A stretch of 64,000 nt of DNA from Candidatus Binataceae bacterium (GTDB taxonomy: Bacteria; Desulfobacterota; Binatia; Binatales; Binataceae), in assembly GCA_035295545.1 (NCBI GenBank), contig DATGIT010000004.1, positions 90,217 through 154,216 on the forward strand. Reading direction: 5' to 3'. This document shows, piece by piece, positions 27,845 to 35,205 of the stretch (positions are counted from its first letter, which is position 1; every line of letters starts with the position of its first letter). Under the pieces are notes generated by a model that saw nothing but the letters and a program-made list of their open reading frames with translations, made no database searches and was not told the DNA's origin. The position numbers were made by a program, and so were the translations under genes.

Positions 27845-29719
27845 ATGTCACTCCTGGACACCATCTTCGGCCGTCCGCTGGCCTCGAGAGAGGCGCACGT
27901 AGAAAGAATCGGCACTCTTCGCGGTGTTCCGACCTTCGGCCTGGATGCGCTCAGCTCGGCGGCGTATGGTCCTGAGGCGGCTTTGACCGTTTTGCTGCCG
28001 CTCGGCGCGGCAGGGCTCCCGCATATCGTCCCGCTCACTGCGGCGATCGTCGGCCTGCTGCTCCTTGTTTACTTCAGTTATCTGCAGACGATCGCGGCCT
28101 ACCCGCGCGGCGGCGGCTCGTACACGGTCGCGCACGAGAACCTGGGTCCGCTCCCCGGATTGCTGGCCGCGGCCGCGCTGATGACCGATTACGTGCTCAA
28201 CGTTGCGGTTGGAATCTCGGCTGGCGTCGGAGCGCTGATTTCCGCAGCACCCGCGCTGCAGCCTCACACGCTCGCAATGTGCCTGGCGATCCTGGCTCTG
28301 CTCACCATGATTAATCTGCGCGGCGCCGGCGAGGCCGGAACGTGGTTTCTGCTGCCGACCTGCGTCTTTGTGCTGTGCCTCGCCGCAATGATTGTATGGG
28401 GCGCGCTCGCGACCATCTCCTCCGGCGGCCATCCGCATCCGGTCGCCGCCGTCTCGCCGCTTGCCAAGGCGACGGAGACAGCGAGTGTATGGCTTCTGCT
28501 GCGCGCCTTCGCGGCGGGCTGCACCGCGATGACCGGGGTTGAAGCCGTGAGCAATGGCGTGCAGGCGTTTCGCGAGCCGATGGTGCCGCGTGCACGACGC
28601 TCGCTGACTTTGATCATTTTCATCCTGATCGTGTTGCTGCTCGGCATTGCATTTCTCGCGCGCGCGTACGGAATTGGCGCGACGGAACCAGGCACGCCGC
28701 AATACCAGAGTGTTCTCTCTCAACTTATCGGCGCGGTCGCCGGCCGAGGATGGTTCTACTGGATCAGCATGGCATCCATTCTGATCGTGCTGTCGCTTTC
28801 GGCCAACACCTCTTTCGCGGATTTCCCGCGACTCTGCCGTGCCGTGGCGGAAGACGGCTACCTGCCCTATTCGTTCACGAACCGCGGCCGTCGCCTCGTT
28901 TACGCCGAAGGCATCTGGGTGCTCGCCTTTCTCTCGGCCATCCTGTTGCTCGTCTTTGGTGGTGTTACCGACCGGCTGATTCCACTGTTCGCGGTCGGAG
29001 CCTTCCTCGCCTTCACCTTGTCGCAGAGCGGAATGGTCGCGCACTGGATCAGGCAACGCGGACGCGGCTGGTACACCAGCATGGCGGTGAACGCGCTCGG
29101 CGCCACGGCTACCGCCATCACCGTGACGATCGTGGTGATAGTGAAGTTCGCAGCCGGCGCCTGGATCGTGGTCCTGCTGGTGCCGTCACTCATCACGCTG
29201 ATGCTCGCGGTGCGGCATCATTACCGGCGGATCGAGCGAGAAACCCGACCTGGCGGACTGAATCTGGCTCAATTGGACGAGCCGCTGGTGATTGTGCCGA
29301 TACTCGAATGGAATTCGATCGCCGAGCACGCCTTACGTATCGCACTCTCGATAGCGAACGAAGTCGAGGTGCTGCATGTCGAAAGTGAAGACAGCACCAA
29401 CTCGCTCAAACGCGTTTGGCCTTCGCGGGTCGAGCAGGAGGCGCGCGCGGCTCAACGCTCCGTCCCGCGGCTTACGATCCTGACATCACCGTTTCGCTTT
29501 GTGGTACAGCCGATTCTCGATCATATCCTGGAGGTCGAGCACACGCATCCCGGCCGCACGATAGCCGTGCTGCTGCCTGAGCTCGTCGAGCGGCAATGGT
29601 ATCAATATTTCCTGCACAACCAGCGCGCGCGAATCCTTGCCGCTCGCCTGCTTATGCAGGGCGAGCATCGCATCGTGATCGTCAACGTTCCCTGGTATTT
29701 GCACAAGCGCGGCATGTGA
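27845..29719 (+). CDS. kimA: KimA-type K+/H+ symporter (APC superfamily)
   Basis: FGLDALSSAAYGPEAAL, YPRGGGSYTVAHENLGPLPGLL..DYVLNVAVGISAG, LLRAFAAGCTAMTGVEAVSNGVQAF, LIPLFAVGAFLAFTLSQSGM and the C-terminal LLPELVERQWYQYFLHNQRA are colinear with B. subtilis KimA as I remember it. Confidence 0.7.
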   Translation: MSLLDTIFGRPLASREAHVERIGTLRGVPTFGLDALSSAAYGPEAALTVLLPLGAAGLPHIVPLTAAIVGLLLLVYFSYLQTIAAYPRGGGSYTVAHENLGPLPGLLAAAALMTDYVLNVAVGISAGVGALISAAPALQPHTLAMCLAILALLTMINLRGAGEAGTWFLLPTCVFVLCLAAMIVWGALATISSGGHPHPVAAVSPLAKATETASVWLLLRAFAAGCTAMTGVEAVSNGVQAFREPMVPRARRSLTLIIFILIVLLLGIAFLARAYGIGATEPGTPQYQSVLSQLIGAVAGRGWFYWISMASILIVLSLSANTSFADFPRLCRAVAEDGYLPYSFTNRGRRLVYAEGIWVLAFLSAILLLVFGGVTDRLIPLFAVGAFLAFTLSQSGMVAHWIRQRGRGWYTSMAVNALGATATAITVTIVVIVKFAAGAWIVVLLVPSLITLMLAVRHHYRRIERETRPGGLNLAQLDEPLVIVPILEWNSIAEHALRIALSIANEVEVLHVESEDSTNSLKRVWPSRVEQEARAAQRSVPRLTILTSPFRFVVQPILDHILEVEHTHPGRTIAVLLPELVERQWYQYFLHNQRARILAARLLMQGEHRIVIVNVPWYLHKRGM

Positions 29720-29778
29720 GCGCGCCGGCCGTGCGCGCGGGTCGCGAGACGCCGGTCCATACAGGCGTCGCACCCGCC

Positions 29779-29973
29779 TCAGTACGATCGCTCATGCCTC
29801 TGCCCGCGCGCTTGCTGATTGTTCGCCAGCTCCTGTGCAGGTGTCGCTTGTTGTGCGTAGTCGTTCTGGCTCTGAATAGAGGTGTGGATTGAGGCTGACG
29901 TGCAAACGCCAAAGAGCTCACAGCAGCCTGGACACACCAGGAGCGCCAGCAGCAGAACCGTTAACCTGAGCAT
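29779..29973 (-). CDS. Small exported Cys-rich peptide (hypothetical)
   Basis: The ATG is preceded by GGAGGG at 7-8 nt. MLRLTVLLLALLVCPGCCELFGVC has a signal-like N-terminus with 5 Cys, then a Gln-rich tail. No family recognised. Confidence 0.45.
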   Translation of the reverse strand: MLRLTVLLLALLVCPGCCELFGVCTSASIHTSIQSQNDYAQQATPAQELANNQQARGQRHERSY

Positions 29974-30146
29974 GGTGTCACCCTCCGCGCCATCTTACTT
30001 AATCGCGCATTGCTGTTTGACCTTTCTGGTCACTTGATTTGAACGCCGGCGGCGATTAGCGAACCTGCCATTTTCTCCCGGGGGTGAGGATACGATGGGC
30101 GAGGAAACGCACGCCGCCGGCGACTTACTGTGCGACCGCGCGAACG

Positions 30147-30581
30147 CTATTGGCCATTCGTAGTTGAACCGCCTGAGGCCCCGGCGCCCGGATTACTGGG
30201 ATTCGTCGGACCCGACGGGCTGATTGGGTTGCCATTCATGCCGCCCGTCGACGAACCGCCCATTCCGGAACCGCCCGCGCCTGCCCCAGGCATGCCCGCA
30301 CCTGTCGCAGGATTTGCCGGCGGCGTGGTCGCGACGCCGGGATTTGCGGCCGAACCGCCGGTCATGCCCGGCGAGCTGCCGGACGTGCCCGAATCCGTTC
30401 CGCTCGTTCCCGCGCCGGCACCGCCGGGAGCAGTCATCGAGCCGGCGCCCGCGCCGGCACCTCCCGCTCCACCGCCTCCGGCTCCGCCGCCCTGAGCGTA
30501 AAGCACCGGTGCTGTTGCGCCCACGGCGAGAGTCACCGCTGCGCCGATCAGCCAGCTCGATGTTCGTCGGTATTGCTTCAT
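30147..30581 (-). CDS. Secreted Gly/Ala/Ser/Thr/Pro-rich low-complexity protein with repeated GM motifs
   Basis: I placed the start at ATG 30581. Signal peptide MKQYRRTSSWLIGAAVTLAVGATAPVLYAQ, then a roughly 115-aa disordered G-rich region. The opposite-strand Pro-rich ORF lacks any signal or start context. Confidence 0.6.
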   Translation of the reverse strand: MKQYRRTSSWLIGAAVTLAVGATAPVLYAQGGGAGGGGAGGAGAGAGSMTAPGGAGAGTSGTDSGTSGSSPGMTGGSAANPGVATTPPANPATGAGMPGAGAGGSGMGGSSTGGMNGNPISPSGPTNPSNPGAGASGGSTTNGQ

Positions 30582-30677
30582 AAACTCGCACCTCCAACTG
30601 CGTGGCTCCATGTCTTACAATGAGCACACGATCCGGGGCACTGGCATACATGATCTTGACTACCGTGTATGCACAAC

Positions 30678-30833
30678 TCAGATGACTCCGAGCAACGCGA
30701 GAACGATCAGGATTATCAGCAGTCCGCTCAGTCCGCCCGCCGGGTAGTAACCCCATCCTGCGCTATAAGGCCAGGCAGGCAACGAACCGAGAAGTAGCAG
30801 AATAATAATTACGATCAGGACGGTTCTTACCAT
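30678..30833 (-). CDS. DUF3309 family small membrane protein (51 aa)
   Basis: It is below the ORF-track cutoff. My codon-by-codon translation gives MVRTVLIVIIILLLLGSLPAWPYSAGWGYYPAGGLSGLLIILIVLALLGVI. This matches the DUF3309 pattern (LLLLG.LP.WPYS.GWGY.P.GG). AAGGA SD lies 8 nt upstream. Confidence 0.7.
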   Translation of the reverse strand: MVRTVLIVIIILLLLGSLPAWPYSAGWGYYPAGGLSGLLIILIVLALLGVI

Positions 30834-30883
30834 TGCGCGATCCTTAGAGTTATGATTGTCGGCAGCGGTCGTGTGACCGAAAC

Positions 30884-30899
30884 TGCATCATCTGTGCCG
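30884..30899 (-). promoter_or_regulatory. Candidate sigma54 (-24/-12) promoter for the DUF3309 gene
   Basis: The minus strand reads CGGCAC-AGATG-ATGCA. GG and GC have the exact N10 spacing, and there are two flanking mismatches to TGGCAC-N5-TTGCA. It lies 50 nt upstream of ATG 30833. Confidence 0.4.
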
Positions 30900-31022
30900 T
30901 GCCGATCCGGATTGACAACAAATCTCCATTCGTTACTCACTCAACTACCAATTCCGACCTTCACAAATACCGCAGTTCATCAGTTAGCGGCGCACCGAGC
31001 TGCGCGGGTTGCGAACGATTCA

Positions 31023-31373
31023 TCAGTCAACGTTTTGGCTGGCTACAAAACCCACTGTTCCCTTCATCGGCCCCTGCACGATCTGAACTTCGGCGCCATT
31101 GTTATCGCTTGAAAGAACCTTCACCGCGGTCTGATCGTCGATCTGCTTGGCTGAGAGATCCTGTTGTGCGTTGCCGATCAGTCCGTTTACGCCACCCTGC
31201 TGCGCCCGCCGCGACACTTTGAGGTAAGTCGGTTCATCCGGATAGAGCGCAACCTGGTGCTGTCCTCCGGTCGCGACCAATTTGTGCGTAGTGACGGATT
31301 CTCCGTTACATCCTCCCATCGCGATCAGGGTGAGAACGCCGATCAGGATTGAAGTCGGAATGTAGCTGCTCAT
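31023..31373 (-). CDS. Hypothetical lipoprotein
   Basis: 116 aa. Signal peptide with lipobox LIAMGG-C. The C-terminal beta-rich segment AEVQIVQGPMKGTVGFVASQNV is SH3-like by eye only. Confidence 0.65.
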   Translation of the reverse strand: MSSYIPTSILIGVLTLIAMGGCNGESVTTHKLVATGGQHQVALYPDEPTYLKVSRRAQQGGVNGLIGNAQQDLSAKQIDDQTAVKVLSSDNNGAEVQIVQGPMKGTVGFVASQNVD

Positions 31374-31656
31374 CGATGGATTTTTCCCCTTTTTCCCGGT
31401 TTGGTTCGAGGCTCAGTGTGAGAGTCTAGCTTTCAATTGTCATGCCGAAGCTATCCGGCCCATAGTACATGGCTTTGTGAAACCCGGATCGAAAGTAAGA
31501 ATGGAAAATCTACAAAATAAGCAGGAGCGAGATGCCAGACCGCTGTCGCATGCCGCTGGATTGGCCTCGCCGCTATTTAGTCGAAGACTTCGATGTTTGG
31601 CCTTTTTTGCAGAAGAAACTACAAATGACCTCAGATTTGGAATGAGTCATTCTTAG

Positions 31657-32147
31657 TGGGTAGAAGAAGACGGATTAACCCCGTTTGGATGGGAGAGTCC
31701 CGCGAGTCACCGAACTAGTTCCCTTCTAACGCTCGTCGTGGTCAGACAGAGCCATCGTGGATTTTTACGAGCCGCTGTCGCGAAGCTGAGCCGCAGGCAG
31801 ATCCCCGCGCAGCCGTGCGACCGCGGCACTGCCGCAGCCATTCTCTACGGTACTTTCGGAACCAAATTCCTGGGCTCGGACACCACGGTTGCGATCTCCC
31901 GTCAGACCACCACGACGCGACGACGAGCGGTTCATTCGGCAGGCCGAGCCGCCTGTGGTGTGTGATTGACGAGTACCCGCAGCTCACAATTCTTCCGGGC
32001 CTTCAGCCGGATCAACCGGAGACGTCATACGGATGGATAGAGCCGGGGCAGCCGGTCTGTCGTTATTGACGCCAGATGCGTTCCGAGTGAGAAGGTTGCG
32101 GGAAAAACCCGAGCGGCGAATTCGCACGCAGTCTATTGGCAAGTAGT
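31657..32147 (+). pseudogene. Decayed remnant of a mannose-1-phosphate guanylyltransferase-type nucleotidyltransferase
   Basis: Three successive frames carry colinear family motifs. These are IPAQPCDRGTAAAILY (cf. EPxGRNTAPAI), LPSDHH plus LTILPGLQPDQPETSYGWIEPG (cf. ADHxI, LVTFGIxPxxPETGYGYI), then VRRLREKP (cf. FVEKP). They are interrupted by frameshifts near 31900 and a stop at 32067. The N- and C-terminal parts are missing, and local GC is about 50%. Confidence 0.55.
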
Positions 32148-32369
32148 TCGACGATCTTGCCCGCGCATACCGAAAGGGCTTCGCCACTCAGATGGGGGCA
32201 TGGACCGACAATAGCCAGGGCACGGTGCGGGCGGCAAGGCCGGCCGAAGGTCGTAATTTTTCACGCCCGCCCGATGGCGGGCTGTGACCGCTCGCGCTAT
32301 TGTAGATGCAGCTATGCTGCGGACGGAAAGGTGCTCGCCGCATTTCCTTTGTGCGACCCGGATCGCCGG

Positions 32370-32771
32370 ATGGACATGAGCGCCCGCAGACATACGGTTC
32401 TGGTGGTTGACGATAATGTCGACGCCGCGCAAGCGCTGGCCCAAATCCTCGATTTCGAAGGCTACGGGGTTGTTATTGCCAACGATGGCCGCCGCGCCCT
32501 TGAATACCTCAAACAACATCCGAGGCCCGATCTCATAATTCTAGATTTGATGATGCCGGTGATGAACGGATGGGAACTGCGCAGTACCATTCGCGAAATA
32601 CCGGCCCTGGCGAGCATTCCGGTGATCGTGATGACAGCGCTGGGCGATCCGCAGGTCATCGAGGCCGACGCGATCATCAGAAAACCCATCGATTTGGAGC
32701 GGATGCTGAAAATCGTGTCGCGCCTGCTGGATCGCGGCGCGAGCGGCGACGATCCGGCGCCCGCTTACTGA
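32370..32771 (+). CDS. Single-domain response regulator (CheY-like receiver)
   Basis: I chose the start at ATG 32370. VLVVDDNVD...DLIILDLMMPVMNGWE...VIVMTA...IIRKP carries the receiver acidic pocket, the phospho-Asp and the conserved Lys. Confidence 0.8.
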   Translation: MDMSARRHTVLVVDDNVDAAQALAQILDFEGYGVVIANDGRRALEYLKQHPRPDLIILDLMMPVMNGWELRSTIREIPALASIPVIVMTALGDPQVIEADAIIRKPIDLERMLKIVSRLLDRGASGDDPAPAY

Positions 32772-32821
32772 ATGTTCGCGAGGACAGTGCGTGACCGGAA
32801 CAGTAAACTTGGAGGCGGTAC

Positions 32822-33244
32822 ATGACCGGCGTCGATGCGTCTGATCCCGCACTCTGGAACCAGATAAAGGAGCTCGAACAGCGCGAAGCGGAGGCGATGC
32901 TGCGGGCGGACGTTGCCGCCCTCGACGCGCTGTGGGCCGACGACCTGCTGGTCAACAGCACGGCAAACCTGATCGCGGACAAAAAGATCCTGCTTGCGAT
33001 GATCCGCGAGGGTCGGCTCCGGTTGCGAAGCTACAGCCGCATAACACTGAAGGCCGCGATCCAAGGCGACTCGCTCATCACGACGGGAAACGAGCGTTCG
33101 CAGATGGAAGGTCCGGCCGTCGGAATAGTGCTGCACTGCAGCTATATGAATTCATGGATCAGACATGGCGCCGGATGGCGCATGCTCGGACGACACGTCG
33201 GGTTGATCGAACAGTCGTTCGCCGAGGTCGAACCGAACGACTGA
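32822..33244 (+). CDS. NTF2-like/SnoaL-like protein (DUF4440-type)
   Basis: 140 aa with GGAGG SD. ELEQREAEAMLRADVAALDALWADDLLVNS...GWRMLGRH fits the DUF4440 pattern. Confidence 0.7.
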   Translation: MTGVDASDPALWNQIKELEQREAEAMLRADVAALDALWADDLLVNSTANLIADKKILLAMIREGRLRLRSYSRITLKAAIQGDSLITTGNERSQMEGPAVGIVLHCSYMNSWIRHGAGWRMLGRHVGLIEQSFAEVEPND

Positions 33245-33279
33245 CGAGGCCGCCCCGCTCGCCAATCTTCTGACCGGGC

Positions 33280-34833
33280 CTAAGGTACGACCTCTGCGGC
33301 CGCCGGCCCCAACGAATTGACACTGTGCCAGATGTCCGCGCTCTCCTCCGGCGAGGAGCGCTCGGCTCCGTTGACCGACTCGCGCTCCATTTGGGTTTGA
33401 TCCTCGGTCTTTGCCGAGAGGTAAACCTTCTGCCCCGGATAGATCCGGTTGATGTCAGCTATTTGCGGATTCGCGTCGATAAGCACATTCAGACCATCGC
33501 GCGAGCCCAGATGCCGGATAGCCAGTTTCTCAAGCGTGTCGCCGTACTTCACAACTACAGCAGGCCGTTGCGCGCCCGTGTCCGCGAGGAGGTGCGATAC
33601 ACCCGGTGCGGGCTCATCCTGGTTCCCCTGCTCAACGACGACGCGCGGCCCTGCGGGACTGCGCGAAGGCGACGCCGCCGCCGGGAGCGCTGTTTGCGCA
33701 ACATGAGTCGGCATCTGCGCCGCCGGACTGAAAATTTGCGTGGCAACGAGGCTCCGTTCAGCTCGAGGAAGGCGAGCCCCCTTGGACCGTACCGCGGAGA
33801 CGGGCGGCTCATCAGTCCGCACCCTTGTCGCCGTCGGAATGTCGCGGGCGACCGTGCTCACCGTGGATTCCGCGCTCAAGCTGGCAGTCTTTGCATCAGC
33901 CGTGGGTTTGGAACCGGCTCGAAAGCCGTAGACCAGCGCAAGCAGGACGGCGATCGCGGCGACGCTGAACGGTGCGGGCTTCATCCAATGATGCGCAACC
34001 GTCAGCGCGGCCGCGGCTCCGCCCAGCAGCGATTCATTGTGTTCGTTCACCGCCGCGCGTGCGGTCTTGAGGTCGACCCGCGTGCACCCGGACGAAAACG
34101 CCACCAGCATCGCGTTGTGGCACAGGACGTTGATGCGCCGGGGGATTCCATTGCTGTGGCGCAGCAGGTAGGCGAGCGCATCGGGCTCGAAAATGTCGCG
34201 CGAGCGGCCGCCTTTCGCCCGCAAGCGATAGCCCACATATTCATGCGCTTCGGCAAAGCTCAGTCGCCCAAGCACAGACCGCGCAGCAACGCGTTGGTTG
34301 AACTGGCGCAGCGACGGTCGTTTCAGTCGCACAGCCAGTTCCGGCTGCCCCACCAATACCAACTGCAGATACCTGCCCAATCGCTGGCCGTAGTTGGACA
34401 GCAGGCGAAGCTCCTCGAGCACATCGTCGCTCAGATCCTGGGCCTCATCGACGATGATCGCCAGCCGCTCCTGGAGCCCTCGCCGGCCGAGAAAGCCGAC
34501 CAGTGCCTCGATGCGATCCAGCTTGGTTGTGGCTGGACAGGGTACGCCAAACTGCCCGAGAATTACGCGCAGGATATCCTCGAAGGGCAACTTCGGGTTG
34601 ATTACATAAGCGGCGCTGAGTTGAGAAAAATTGCGGCCGAGTATCGAGCAGATCAAGGTGGTCTTGCCGGTACCGGTCTCGCCAGTGAGGGTGGTGAAGC
34701 CGCTCGGCTCATGCAGCAATCCCCACTCCAACGCGGCAAGACTCTCGCGATGGGCGCGACTCAGGTAGAGGGCTTCAGGGACCGCCGCGGCCTCAAATGG
34801 CGGACCCGAGAGGCGGAAGTGTCGGTAGTACAT
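33280..34833 (-). CDS. ExeA/GspA-like AAA+ ATPase with a TM helix and a C-terminal LysM peptidoglycan-binding domain
   Basis: Walker A GETGTGKTT, Walker B LAIIVDEAQDL, and NGIPRRINVLC. TM helix FSVAAIAVLLALVYGF, an S/T/P/A-rich linker, and LysM VVVKYGDTLEKLAIRHLG...INRIYPGQKVYL. Confidence 0.8.
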   Translation of the reverse strand: MYYRHFRLSGPPFEAAAVPEALYLSRAHRESLAALEWGLLHEPSGFTTLTGETGTGKTTLICSILGRNFSQLSAAYVINPKLPFEDILRVILGQFGVPCPATTKLDRIEALVGFLGRRGLQERLAIIVDEAQDLSDDVLEELRLLSNYGQRLGRYLQLVLVGQPELAVRLKRPSLRQFNQRVAARSVLGRLSFAEAHEYVGYRLRAKGGRSRDIFEPDALAYLLRHSNGIPRRINVLCHNAMLVAFSSGCTRVDLKTARAAVNEHNESLLGGAAAALTVAHHWMKPAPFSVAAIAVLLALVYGFRAGSKPTADAKTASLSAESTVSTVARDIPTATRVRTDEPPVSAVRSKGARLPRAERSLVATQIFSPAAQMPTHVAQTALPAAASPSRSPAGPRVVVEQGNQDEPAPGVSHLLADTGAQRPAVVVKYGDTLEKLAIRHLGSRDGLNVLIDANPQIADINRIYPGQKVYLSAKTEDQTQMERESVNGAERSSPEESADIWHSVNSLGPAAAEVVP

Positions 34834-34878
34834 ATGCCCCCGGGATTTTTCCAGTCAATGAGTTACCGAGCACCATTG

Positions 34879-34894
34879 AGCAAACGCTGTGCCA
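34879..34894 (-). promoter_or_regulatory. Sigma54 (-24/-12) promoter of the ExeA-like gene
   Basis: The minus strand reads TGGCAC-AGCGT-TTGCT, a perfect match to TGGCAC-N5-TTGCW. It lies 46 nt upstream of ATG 34833, in an intergenic region. Confidence 0.65.
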
Positions 34895-35039
34895 CGAAGC
34901 TCCCCTTTGACGCTTGGCCGCGCTACAGAACGAGAACTGCAGTGACAGGGCATCGAAGCGCGAAAACGAAGCCATGGCCGCTACGGTTCCCCGCCGACGC
35001 TAAGGCGAATGTTCGGCTGGATCCATGTAAAACGTACCT

Positions 35040-35077
35040 GTCAATGACCATTCGTCAATGAATTGAATTTTTTTCAA
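35040..35077. promoter_or_regulatory. AT-rich repeat cluster between divergent sigma54 promoters (candidate activator/IHF site)
   Basis: GTCAATGA occurs at 35040-35047 and 35054-35061. There is a palindrome TTGAA-N5-TTCAA at 35063-35077. TCAA-N4-TTG at 35055-35065 matches the core of the IHF consensus WATCAANNNNTTR. Confidence 0.35.
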
Positions 35078-35141
35078 GCGAAGATGCGCGGTTTAGAGGT
35101 ATTGACCACCGATTGCGCCAAGAATAACTGGGCTAAGCTCC

Positions 35142-35157
35142 GGGCACGGCTATTGCT
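35142..35157 (+). promoter_or_regulatory. Candidate sigma54 (-24/-12) promoter; downstream target unclear
   Basis: GGGCAC-GGCTA-TTGCT has a single mismatch (the first T) to the consensus, with exact spacing. The next convincing plus-strand start codon is the kinase gene 600 nt downstream. Confidence 0.5.
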
Positions 35158-35195
35158 CCTCCCGCGAGCATTCTTGAATCGACCGTCGCGCGGAT

Positions 35196-35205
35196 CCCCC
35201 CCCCC
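35196..35205 (+). repeat. Homopolymeric C10 tract
   Basis: Ten consecutive C counted directly, about 30 nt downstream of the predicted start of the 35142 promoter transcript. Confidence 0.9.

Noticed and set aside
30095-30163. 22-codon ORF with a GGTGAGGA SD on the plus strand
   Set aside because: It is too short to evaluate and overlaps the 3' end of the Gly-rich gene. There is no supporting evidence.
30130-30495. 121-aa Pro-rich plus-strand ORF
   Set aside because: It is the mirror image of the Gly-rich gene (GGN codons read as NCC). It lacks a signal peptide and an SD. The minus-strand frame has a canonical signal peptide.
31395-31415. GGTTCGAG string resembling a tRNA T-loop
   Set aside because: There are no complementary T-stem, acceptor stem or anticodon arm around it, so it is not a tRNA.
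33325-35061. 578-aa plus-strand ORF antisense to the ExeA-like gene
   Set aside because: It is a shadow ORF. The minus-strand product has Walker A/B, TM and LysM features and a matching promoter and start context.
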